DNA of 54,616 bases from a virus (Duplodnaviria; Caudoviricetes): IMG/VR virus record IMGVR_UViG_3300042448_002124, positions 1-54,616 of that record; one strand, 5' to 3'. Each line of letters opens with the position of its first letter. Positions within the stretch are counted from its first letter, which is position 1. The position numbers were made by a program, and so were the translations under genes. This document shows positions 31,530 to 39,753 of this stretch, piece by piece. The notes below the pieces were generated by a model. It was not told where the DNA came from. It made no database searches and was given only the letters and a program-made list of their open reading frames with translations.

Positions 31530-31974
31530 TGAGTTCATACAATATTGCGAACTAAACAATATTAAAGACGCAGACAAGTTAGCAAAAAAAATATTTAACC
31601 AAGGATTTTCAATTGAAAAGTATGGGGAAATTCCTAATGGAATTAAACCAAAAGAAACAGTAATCGAGAAAGAGATCATTAAAGAAGTGATTAAAGAAAT
31701 TGAGGTTATTAAAGAAGTTCCGGTCGAAAAAATAGTAGAAAAAGTAATTGAAGTTGAAGTAATCAAAGAGGTGCCCATAAAAGGTGATACAACAGTAGTA
31801 ACTAAAGAAGTCATAAAAGAAGTTAAGGTAACTGATAATGCTGAAATAGAAAGGTTATTATTAGAAAATAAAAAACTAAGTGATGAATTGAATAAAATCA
31901 CTAGTGCAATGGAAAAATTCAATAAAGCGAAATATCACAAAAGCAGCAACCTTACCGATTTATATGATGAATAA
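31498..31974 (+). CDS. Hypothetical protein with (K/E)V(I/P)-type repeats and a C-terminal coiled coil
   Basis: KEIIKEVIKEIEVIKEVPVEKIVEKVIEVEVIKEVP tract. Confidence 0.7.
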   Translation: MKKKNSLILDDEFIQYCELNNIKDADKLAKKIFNQGFSIEKYGEIPNGIKPKETVIEKEIIKEVIKEIEVIKEVPVEKIVEKVIEVEVIKEVPIKGDTTVVTKEVIKEVKVTDNAEIERLLLENKKLSDELNKITSAMEKFNKAKYHKSSNLTDLYDE

Positions 31975-32021
31975 TTTTTTTTTACAATAAAAAAAACGTA
32001 TATTAATTAAATTTTAAATCT

Positions 32022-32333
32022 ATGGCATTATTAATTTTCTGGGCATTAATGGGGTACGGAATGACCTCTATTTTAGTATGGGGTTCAATATTTGAAAAAC
32101 AAAGAGATTGGATAAGAAGACATTCTAAATTTTTCGGTGATCTTATTTCCTGTGTTTTATGTACTGGTACCTGGGTTGGTTTTTTTCTTTCAATAACATT
32201 AGGTGGGTTAGCCACAAGGTTATTAGATGTTAATTGGTTTTTTTCAGTATTCTATGATGGAATTTATACCGCTGGTGTGGTATGGATGATAAATGCGATT
32301 ATTGAGTTTTTTGAAGAATCTAGAATAAAATAA
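32022..32333 (+). CDS. Small membrane protein, DUF1360-like (CxxC in membrane)
   Basis: Three hydrophobic segments and FFGDLISCVLCTGTWVG. Confidence 0.6.
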   Translation: MALLIFWALMGYGMTSILVWGSIFEKQRDWIRRHSKFFGDLISCVLCTGTWVGFFLSITLGGLATRLLDVNWFFSVFYDGIYTAGVVWMINAIIEFFEESRIK

Positions 32334-32354
32334 AATATTATATAAAATTAAAAA

Positions 32355-33302
32355 ATGAGTTTAACTAAAGAAGAGTTCCACGCAAAAAAAGAGCAATGGT
32401 TAGAAAATGTGAAAACCAAAAAGGGAATCATTGCACAATTAGATGCAGATGGAATGTGTTCAGCATACATATTGAATAAAGTCACAGGATTACCAGTTGT
32501 CGGTATAACAGATTTGTATAACACAATATATGGTATTGGTAAAGGGGATAATGTTAGTGACTACGTGTTTGTTGATGTTGAGATTTTTGATGAAAGTGTC
32601 TACTCTATTGGTAATCATAATAATGTAACTAATGATGAGGTATTAACAGAGTTATTACAGAATAGATTATCTAATTGCTTAAATCCAAATTATCAATTCG
32701 GTGTTACAGTTACAGATTATCGTCAAAAATATCCTTACAGTACTTCATTATACTTAATGGAGTTGTTTGGCGATAGATTTGATATGAATGAAATGCTTTC
32801 AAATGAAAAAATTAAAACTTGTTTAATATTCTCTGATGGCATCTATAACAACGTGTGGAAATATAGGGCAAATTCAGAAGATTGGCAAAAGAAACTTTTT
32901 ACTAATCCAATCATCAACGAACAAATGTTAAATCCTCTTTTTGAAATAAAAGACAGATCAACATACGAAAGAACAATTTTAGATGACATTAAAAGAAATT
33001 TCAATAACTTTGACGCTAAAAGCAAATGCGATAAGAATGTGGAAACAATCGATGCGTTCACTAAAAGGAAATTGGAAAACATGTCAGCACCATTTACCGA
33101 CAGCGGATTTACCACCGAAGTTAATTTCGATAAAAAAATTACCCTAGATAGTAAAATATATAGTCCAAAATTTTATAATCCGATCCCTAGAGAATATCAT
33201 TGCGACCCAATTTTAATTTATGAGAACACGTTTACCATAAATTATATCTACCAAGACAGTATTTCGTTAACAAATATACCAACAGAAGACAAATATGTAT
33301 AA
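32355..33302 (+). CDS. DHH-superfamily phosphoesterase-like protein
   Basis: Motif I DADGMCSA, motif II VFVDV and NCLNPN present; the DHH position reads GNHN. Confidence 0.55.
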   Translation: MSLTKEEFHAKKEQWLENVKTKKGIIAQLDADGMCSAYILNKVTGLPVVGITDLYNTIYGIGKGDNVSDYVFVDVEIFDESVYSIGNHNNVTNDEVLTELLQNRLSNCLNPNYQFGVTVTDYRQKYPYSTSLYLMELFGDRFDMNEMLSNEKIKTCLIFSDGIYNNVWKYRANSEDWQKKLFTNPIINEQMLNPLFEIKDRSTYERTILDDIKRNFNNFDAKSKCDKNVETIDAFTKRKLENMSAPFTDSGFTTEVNFDKKITLDSKIYSPKFYNPIPREYHCDPILIYENTFTINYIYQDSISLTNIPTEDKYV

Positions 33303-35634
33303 TAACCCGTTTATTAAAGTTGAGTGGGAAGATGTTCCAGAAAACTTGACGCAAGAACGTATAAAAAGAGTAAAAACTTATTTTCAAACTAAGTATAACT
33401 CAACCAACGTTAAGATAGTTACTAAAGTGATTAGTAATTTATCTAACACAAAACTAAAATCACTAGAGGCGAGCGATAATATTTTAGATCCGCAATATCA
33501 GAAGAATCTTGTTAAAGATTTTATGAGTGAAAACGGTATTAACATAAAATGGGAATTAGTTAATCGATTAGACGATAAGGTAAATTCAGAAATTGATAAA
33601 CTAAATCAAAATAAAGTTAGATACAACAAATGGTTCATAAAGAAAGTTGAATTTTCTAATTTTCTTTCTTACGGTGAGAATAATGTGATTGAATTTACTG
33701 ATTTAGATGGCATCACTGTCATTGAATCTACCCCTAGAAATTTTGGTGGTAAATCAACTGCAACTGTTGACCTATTGATGTTCTTATTTTTTAATTCAAC
33801 AACAAAAACTAAAACGAATATTGAAATATTCAATAAGTTTTCTGATGCTGACGAGGTTAAGGTAAAAGGTGAAGTCATTATTGATGGCGATACTTACATA
33901 ATATCAAGAAACGTAACTAGAAAGAAAAGTAAATCAGGTGAATACACGGTAAAAAATGATTTAGAATTCTTTAAAAAAGCAGAAGACGGGGCTATCATTA
34001 ATTTATCTGGTGAACAAAGGAAAGAGACAGAAACACTAATTACTTCTGCTATAGGTACTCAAGAAGATTTCCTTTCAACAATTCTTACAACTGGATATAA
34101 TCTAGAAGAATTAATTGAAAGTAAACCAACAGCAAGAGGGCAAATCATTACAAAATTTTTAGGTTTAGAATCCCTTAAAAATAAAGAAGACATTGCTAAA
34201 GAAATGTATAGTGAATGGGGTAAGAAATTGATTTCAAATACAAACAATATTGTTGATCTTGAAAATCAAAATAATGTTGCGACAGAATCTATTGGAAATT
34301 CTAAAGATCAAGTTGAAGCATTAACAATCGCTTTAACCGGGTTTGAGGAAAAAGTAAAAAAGTTAAACGAAAGAAAAGAACATATTTTAACTTTAAAAAA
34401 TAACGATATTGATCGAGAATTAATCAACACAAATCCAACTTTACTTGAGAGAGAGATAAACGAAATTATTACTCAAAGAAACACTAGTCAAAAAAATGCT
34501 GACAGTGTTAATGTAACTGAACCGTCCAACTATTATCTTGAAGATGAACACAACCAATTGAAAGAGAAAATAAATCAATTGGTGGTAGAGAATCGTTTAG
34601 GTGAAAGAGAGAAAGCAGACAAAGAAAAGCACATCAAATTATTAGAAGAAGGTAAGATATGTCCTAAATGCAATAGACCACTAGACGAGGTTGACCACAC
34701 ATATGAGATTGAGGAAACTAAAAAGGAAATTGAGGAGATTAATAAGGATAGGGAAAACAACGATAAAGAACTTGAAGATTTAAAGAAACGATCTGACGCA
34801 TATGAAACCTTAAAAACTGAATTCGATACTTACGAAAGAAATAAACTTCGTAAAGCGAGATATGAATTAGAAGTTGAACAGAAGCAAGTTGAGATTAACA
34901 CAAAACAATCTAGATTAGACAATTATGAAAGGAATAAAAGTAAACTAGAAGAGAATCAAAAAATTGACGGAGAATTAATCACATTAAGAACACAAATAGA
35001 AACTGCTAGCGCCGATATTACAGTTACCAATAATAATATTAGTAAACATAACAATAATATTACTAATATGGAAGAAAAAATTGATACAAATAATAAGTTG
35101 ATAGAAAAGATAAGGGCAGAAGAAGAATATCAACAAGTGTTTAAAACATACTTAACAATTTTTGGTAAGAACGGGATTTCTAAAATTATTCTAAAGAATA
35201 TGATTCCACTACTTAATCAGGAATTGCATCGTTTACTATCTGATAGTTGTTATTTCACTCTTGAGTTAAACATTAATGATAAGAACGAGGTTGAGTTTAT
35301 TATGATCGATAATGAAACCAGGGTAATTAAACCCCTTAATGCTGGATCAGGTTACGAAAGAACAATATCCTCATTGGCATTGAGAAGCGTTTTAACAAAA
35401 GTGTCGTCATTACCTAAACCAAACATTGTGGTGATGGATGAAGTATTTGGAAAGATAGCAGACGAGAATTTGGAAATGGTAGGTGAATTTTTCAAGAAAA
35501 TCAAAAATTATTTTGAACATATCTTAGTAATATCACATAATCCTTTAATACGTAACTGGTCAGATAATATTATCATGGTTAAAAAAGATGATAATATATC
35601 CAGTATTGAATATGTGACGACCAAAATTTCTTAA
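33295..35634 (+). CDS. sbcC: SbcC/Rad50 (gp46-like) SMC-family ATPase
   Basis: NFLSYG, Walker A NFGGKST, coiled coil with a CPKC zinc hook, signature GSGYE, Walker B VVMDE and ISHN. Confidence 0.9.
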   Translation: MYNNPFIKVEWEDVPENLTQERIKRVKTYFQTKYNSTNVKIVTKVISNLSNTKLKSLEASDNILDPQYQKNLVKDFMSENGINIKWELVNRLDDKVNSEIDKLNQNKVRYNKWFIKKVEFSNFLSYGENNVIEFTDLDGITVIESTPRNFGGKSTATVDLLMFLFFNSTTKTKTNIEIFNKFSDADEVKVKGEVIIDGDTYIISRNVTRKKSKSGEYTVKNDLEFFKKAEDGAIINLSGEQRKETETLITSAIGTQEDFLSTILTTGYNLEELIESKPTARGQIITKFLGLESLKNKEDIAKEMYSEWGKKLISNTNNIVDLENQNNVATESIGNSKDQVEALTIALTGFEEKVKKLNERKEHILTLKNNDIDRELINTNPTLLEREINEIITQRNTSQKNADSVNVTEPSNYYLEDEHNQLKEKINQLVVENRLGEREKADKEKHIKLLEEGKICPKCNRPLDEVDHTYEIEETKKEIEEINKDRENNDKELEDLKKRSDAYETLKTEFDTYERNKLRKARYELEVEQKQVEINTKQSRLDNYERNKSKLEENQKIDGELITLRTQIETASADITVTNNNISKHNNNITNMEEKIDTNNKLIEKIRAEEEYQQVFKTYLTIFGKNGISKIILKNMIPLLNQELHRLLSDSCYFTLELNINDKNEVEFIMIDNETRVIKPLNAGSGYERTISSLALRSVLTKVSSLPKPNIVVMDEVFGKIADENLEMVGEFFKKIKNYFEHILVISHNPLIRNWSDNIIMVKKDDNISSIEYVTTKIS

Positions 35635-35650
35635 TTTAATTTTTTTTAAT

Positions 35651-35658
35651 TATATTTG
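35651..35658 (+). promoter_or_regulatory. TATATTTG, matches the Bacteroidota -7 box TAnnTTTG (representative of the TATATT class)
   Basis: Lies 13 nt before the clpP ATG. Same 8-mer at 46015-22; related GTATATT at 28903, 31998, 46524 and 49455. Confidence 0.6.
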
Positions 35659-35671
35659 TAAAAACAAATTT

Positions 35672-36367
35672 ATGACACCAAAGGAATACAATGGCTTCGG
35701 CCTTTTCGCAAAAAGCATGGGTATTAGTTCTTCTAAGATTGATTATTTTAGTAAACATTTAGAATCATACCTAGGCCTTAAAAGTAGTTTAACGCCCTAT
35801 GTTCTTGAAGAAAGACAAATGAATGTAACACAGATTGATGTGTTCAGTAGATTAATGATGGAACGCATTATATGGGTAGCCGGAGAGGTAAATGATAATA
35901 TGTCAGTTATCACACAGGCGCAACTCATGTTTTTAGATAGTTTGGACAACACAGATATTACAATGCACATCGATAGTCCTGGCGGAAGCGTTAAATCTGG
36001 GTTATCAATGGTAGATGTTATGGATTACATCAGTTCAGACATTAGAACAATCAATACTGGTATGGCAGCATCTATGGGTTCTATTTTACTAGGCGCTGGC
36101 GCAAAAGGAAAAAGAGGATCACTTAGATTTTCTAGAACAATGTTACACCAAAGTTCAGGTGGATTCCAAGGAAACATCCAAGATGCTAAAATTGATATGA
36201 TTGAGTGGGAGAAAATCAATAATACTTTATTTGAATTATTGGGCGGCTATTGTGGTAAAGATGCTGAAGTCGTTAAACAGGACGCATCAAGAGATTTATG
36301 GTTATCATCTGAAGATGCGTTGGCTTACGGAATCATTGATGAAATTGTAACCAAAAAGAAGAAATAA
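35672..36367 (+). CDS. clpP: ATP-dependent Clp protease proteolytic subunit
   Basis: DVFSRLMMERII, IDSPGGSV, catalytic AASMGS, MLHQ and RD motifs. Confidence 0.95.
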   Translation: MTPKEYNGFGLFAKSMGISSSKIDYFSKHLESYLGLKSSLTPYVLEERQMNVTQIDVFSRLMMERIIWVAGEVNDNMSVITQAQLMFLDSLDNTDITMHIDSPGGSVKSGLSMVDVMDYISSDIRTINTGMAASMGSILLGAGAKGKRGSLRFSRTMLHQSSGGFQGNIQDAKIDMIEWEKINNTLFELLGGYCGKDAEVVKQDASRDLWLSSEDALAYGIIDEIVTKKKK

Positions 36368-36395
36368 GTTTTAGGGTTTGTAAATAAATAAAATT

Positions 36396-36424
36396 GGGAG
36401 GTGTCTTTACACTTCCCTTTTTTT
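36396..36424 (+). terminator. Intrinsic terminator after clpP
   Basis: GGGAGGTGT-cttt-ACACTTCCC plus T7. Confidence 0.85.
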
Positions 36425-36447
36425 ATTTCTTCCTATATATTTATTCC

Positions 36448-36521
36448 TAGACCTTGTGGTTGAATCGGAAGTGTCCTAGAGACATTTGAGTTGGAATTGA
36501 TACCAACGAATTCGGGTTCAA
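36448..36521 (+). ncRNA. Structured 5' leader (three-way junction) plus the 5' arm of a long-range stem
   Basis: P1 36460-70/36511-21, P2 36471-75/36481-85, P3 36490-94/36503-07 flanked by tandem GA; 36448-62 pairs with 37366-80. Confidence 0.6.
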
Positions 36522-36541
36522 ATACAAAAAAATATAAGGAA

Positions 36542-37357
36542 ATGAACAGAAGAATTTCAGTTAACACAACTGGTCTTGCTGTACCACAATCTTTCATTAC
36601 CAAAGGTAAACAAAGATTAAAACAGCACGTAGACACCGTATATCTTAATAACGGTGATGAGTTCGAAATCGAACTTTTTAATCCAACAAGCAATAAAGTT
36701 TTAGCAAAAATCGAGATGAATGGTAATCCCATTGGTAATGGTATCATACTTCGTCCTGGTGAACGCATCTTCCTCGAAAGGTATCTTGATGAGGCAAAGA
36801 AGTTTTTATTTGAAACATATGTTGTAAACGGGGATAATCAAGAAGTGCAAGATGCTATTGCTAATAATGGTGATGTAGTTGTTAAATTCTATAATGAAAC
36901 GCCCCCACCGACATATTATAACGGTGGTTCGGGAACAGTAACCATTGGCAACCCTGTTTGGGCCAATTATCCATATACCTATACAACGCACAATACGTTA
37001 GGTAACACATCTTTTACCACAACATCGACAAATACAAACACGTTTTACAACACATCTTTAACAAGTGGAACATTTAATACCTCAAATACGTTCTTAAATA
37101 ACCCTAACAGGGTTAAAAAATCGGAAAGACAAATTGAGACAGGTAGAGTTGAAAAGGGTTCCGATTCTAACCAATCTTTTACGTACGATAGTACATCTTT
37201 TAATAGTTGGGCATCTAATACAAATTGGTGGAAAATTAAACCTAAATCAACCCAATTGGTAACAATGGAGGATTTGGTTACATATTGTACTGAATGTGGC
37301 GGTAAAAGGAAAAAAGACACATATAAGTTCTGTCCACATTGCGGAACAAAATTCTAA
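36542..37357 (+). CDS. Uncharacterised protein: beta-sandwich-like N-domain, T/N/S-rich linker, C-terminal zinc ribbon
   Basis: ATG 36542 preceded by AAGGA; ends CTECG...KFCPHCGTKF. The TTG start at 36491 lies inside the folded leader. Confidence 0.8.
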   Translation: MNRRISVNTTGLAVPQSFITKGKQRLKQHVDTVYLNNGDEFEIELFNPTSNKVLAKIEMNGNPIGNGIILRPGERIFLERYLDEAKKFLFETYVVNGDNQEVQDAIANNGDVVVKFYNETPPPTYYNGGSGTVTIGNPVWANYPYTYTTHNTLGNTSFTTTSTNTNTFYNTSLTSGTFNTSNTFLNNPNRVKKSERQIETGRVEKGSDSNQSFTYDSTSFNSWASNTNWWKIKPKSTQLVTMEDLVTYCTECGGKRKKDTYKFCPHCGTKF

Positions 37358-37382
37358 TAATAAACTAATCACAAGGTCTACG

Positions 37383-37407
37383 CGGGGTACTTTTTGTACC
37401 CCGTTTG
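37383..37407 (+). terminator. Intrinsic terminator after the Zn-ribbon gene
   Basis: CGGGGTAC-ttttt-GTACCCCG then TTTG, immediately followed by the next TATTTAT. Confidence 0.75.
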
Positions 37408-37428
37408 TATTTATATTAAAATACGCAT

Positions 37429-37773
37429 ATGAAGATCAATAAAACGAATATACTGCTTGTTATTGTCATTATTTTGGCTGGATATAGTATTTTCCAGGGA
37501 GATAAGATAAGAACCGATGTAGCGGGTTATAATAACAAAATTGACTCAATTCAGAATGAGATCGATTCGGTAGAAATGTTAAACACTAAATTAAGTGAAC
37601 AAATTGGCGTTATCGACCAAGAAATCGATAAAGTAGACGGAAATATAAATAATGTTACAAAAAACATAACAATCATCAAAAACCAAACACATGAAAAAAT
37701 TGATTCTGTTAATAACTATAATTTTTCTGACCTCGAAAAGTTTTTCTCAGACCGTTACAAAGACCAATATTGA
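37429..37773 (+). CDS. Membrane-anchored coiled-coil protein (i-spanin-like candidate)
   Basis: N-terminal TM (ILLVIVIILAGYSIF) then a heptad coiled coil; overlaps the next gene by 83 nt. Confidence 0.55.
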   Translation: MKINKTNILLVIVIILAGYSIFQGDKIRTDVAGYNNKIDSIQNEIDSVEMLNTKLSEQIGVIDQEIDKVDGNINNVTKNITIIKNQTHEKIDSVNNYNFSDLEKFFSDRYKDQY

Positions 37774-38107
37774 TACTATAGTACCATTAAAGGTACCAGT
37801 AGCAAAAATGGTAATTAAGGACTTAATTAAGGGTGATGGCGCTCAGATCGAGATCCTGGAACTTAATAAGGTAATATCCCTTAAAGACGATCAAATCACT
37901 CTTTTTAAACAAAAAGACACGCTAAAAGATCAAAAAATAGGTAATTTGGAGTTAATTATCACAAAAAAAGACCAACAATTTGATTTAGAGAGAGCAAAAT
38001 CCGAGAGTTTATTCAAAGAACTTAAATCACAAAAAAGAAAGACATTCTTATATAAAGTTGGTTCATTTGTGGGAATAGTTGCCACAACAATGTTATTATT
38101 AAAATAG
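37691..38107 (+). CDS. Secreted/envelope coiled-coil protein with signal peptide and C-terminal hydrophobic helix
   Basis: MKKLILLITIIFLTSKSFS-QT signal peptide with Gln at +1; C-terminal VGSFVGIVATTMLLLK. Confidence 0.6.
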   Translation: MKKLILLITIIFLTSKSFSQTVTKTNIDTIVPLKVPVAKMVIKDLIKGDGAQIEILELNKVISLKDDQITLFKQKDTLKDQKIGNLELIITKKDQQFDLERAKSESLFKELKSQKRKTFLYKVGSFVGIVATTMLLLK

Positions 38108-38108
38108 A

Positions 38109-38771
38109 ATGAAGAAATATCTAGATATTAGAAATGTTATCATCGTTATTCTTCTATTGTTGGCTCTAGTTGAGTTCCTAAACCCTAGAGGGTTCATGCC
38201 TGGTAGAACCAAATTAATGACACAAATTGATTCAATACCTTACCCAGTACACGACACAATTCCATTTGAAACGGAGATTGAAGTACCCGTTGAGATCGAG
38301 GTTGAAGTACCAGTGGATAGACCTGTGGAAGTGAGAGTCGAAGTTGAAAAACCAGTGGATACTGCAGCAATTTTAAAAATGTTTGCCGAAAACAAACAAA
38401 CTAAAAAAGATGTTTTAGAATTACCTAACAACATAGGTACGGTGACGGTTTTTGATACAATATCTAATAACAGGATATTGGGTAGATCATTTACCAGTAA
38501 GGTAAAGAAGCAAATCGTAAAAGACACCATTTATACCCCAGTACCTCCAAAACGTTTATATTACATTGGATTTGATGCTAAATTTGATAAACCTAATATG
38601 ATAAACTTATTAGGCGTTAGTATGATGATTAAAACAAAGGACGAAAAAATCTATAAATTCGGTGTTGGTGTGCAAAACATTGTAGGTCCAGACGGAGTAA
38701 ACGGGTCTTTAGTACCAAATATTGGTGGAGGAGTTTACTGGAAAATTAATCTTCGAAAGGGTAGTAAGTAA
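38109..38771 (+). CDS. Envelope protein with N-terminal TM and C-terminal amphipathic beta strands (spanin-like candidate)
   Basis: VIIVILLLLALV anchor, EVPV repeats, terminal NIGGGVYWKINL strand. Confidence 0.55.
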   Translation: MKKYLDIRNVIIVILLLLALVEFLNPRGFMPGRTKLMTQIDSIPYPVHDTIPFETEIEVPVEIEVEVPVDRPVEVRVEVEKPVDTAAILKMFAENKQTKKDVLELPNNIGTVTVFDTISNNRILGRSFTSKVKKQIVKDTIYTPVPPKRLYYIGFDAKFDKPNMINLLGVSMMIKTKDEKIYKFGVGVQNIVGPDGVNGSLVPNIGGGVYWKINLRKGSK

Positions 38772-39225
38772 TTTTTTCTTGAAAAAACGCCCTATCCAAA
38801 GAAATTTCTATCTTATATAATCTAGTTTGTATATCATTATATGAGTTAGAGGTATCTGATTCAATAAATTTTTCATCCCAATTTAATTTGATGGTATGGT
38901 AAAAAGTATCATAATCATCTTTTTCTTCATTAAAAACGTCAAATTCAACTTCAATTTCTTTAGGTCCCTTAATGTTTGTAACACTAATACTTTCAATACC
39001 CCACCTTCTTTCATATATGTACAAATCATAAGTAACTTCAATTTCTTTTGGATGTCTAAAATCATCTATGTCCCTACCCTCAAAATCGTTAAAACGATCA
39101 AAATCTAATTCAACGCTAGCCCTATATCCCGTAAAACGATCATTATCCTCCTTTAAAAGGGAACCTTTAACGGTTTTAACAATATTTGTTAATTGTTTAA
39201 TGTCTAATTTTCTAATTTCTTTCAT
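38746..39225 (-). CDS. Hypothetical acidic protein
   Basis: 159-aa ORF preceded on the - strand by TATTTATA (39253-60); N-terminal LDIKQLTNIVK...LLKED. Confidence 0.7.
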   Translation of the reverse strand: MKEIRKLDIKQLTNIVKTVKGSLLKEDNDRFTGYRASVELDFDRFNDFEGRDIDDFRHPKEIEVTYDLYIYERRWGIESISVTNIKGPKEIEVEFDVFNEEKDDYDTFYHTIKLNWDEKFIESDTSNSYNDIQTRLYKIEISLDRAFFQEKITYYPFED

Positions 39226-39278
39226 GATCTAAAATAGTGTACAGTATAATAATATAAATAGTTATATTAAGTAGAAAT

Positions 39279-39716
39279 ATGGGGACATTTATATTATTTG
39301 TTTTTGGAGATTTTGAAGACCATGGTGATATTGAGTTTTTCTGCTTAGAGCATTTTTCCGAAATATCAGAAAAAGGTGTAAAATACGTTATTGAGAATGA
39401 AGGTAACTGTATTATCATTTTTGAGACCGAAAAAACCAAACAAGAATTGCACGATAAATTAAGTGTTTTATTATCAATTGACCAAATAAAGTTTTACTTC
39501 CTTTTTGAACGGTCATCTATTGTCTCAACCTACCTACCCGAAACCCTAAAAGATTTCGTTTTTAAACCAATGAGCGAGGAAAATATCAAGTTACTAATGG
39601 AGATGAAACCCAAGGCCAGTATGGACTTGGACGAAATTCTAGATAAAATAGATCAACAAGGAGTTAACAGTTTAACCGAGGAAGAAAAAAAATTTTTAGA
39701 CGATTTTGGTAAATAA
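39279..39716 (+). CDS. Hypothetical protein with a C-terminal DUF6576-like domain
   Basis: LDEILDKIDQQGVNSLTEEEKKFLD resembles the helical tail of Bacteroidota rhomboid proteins. Confidence 0.6.
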   Translation: MGTFILFVFGDFEDHGDIEFFCLEHFSEISEKGVKYVIENEGNCIIIFETEKTKQELHDKLSVLLSIDQIKFYFLFERSSIVSTYLPETLKDFVFKPMSEENIKLLMEMKPKASMDLDEILDKIDQQGVNSLTEEEKKFLDDFGK

Positions 39717-39753
39717 GAAAATTTTGTGTAATATTGTTATGTAATACCAGCAT

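Noticed and set aside
36460-36521. Hammerhead ribozyme
   Set aside because: Three-stem topology and UGA/GAA flanks are present, but the CUGANGA core and a properly placed UH site are missing.
36448-37380. Insertion sequence or MITE with terminal inverted repeats
   Set aside because: The enclosed ORF shows no transposase motifs, no target-site duplication is evident, and the mismatches are sense-strand G-U pairs.
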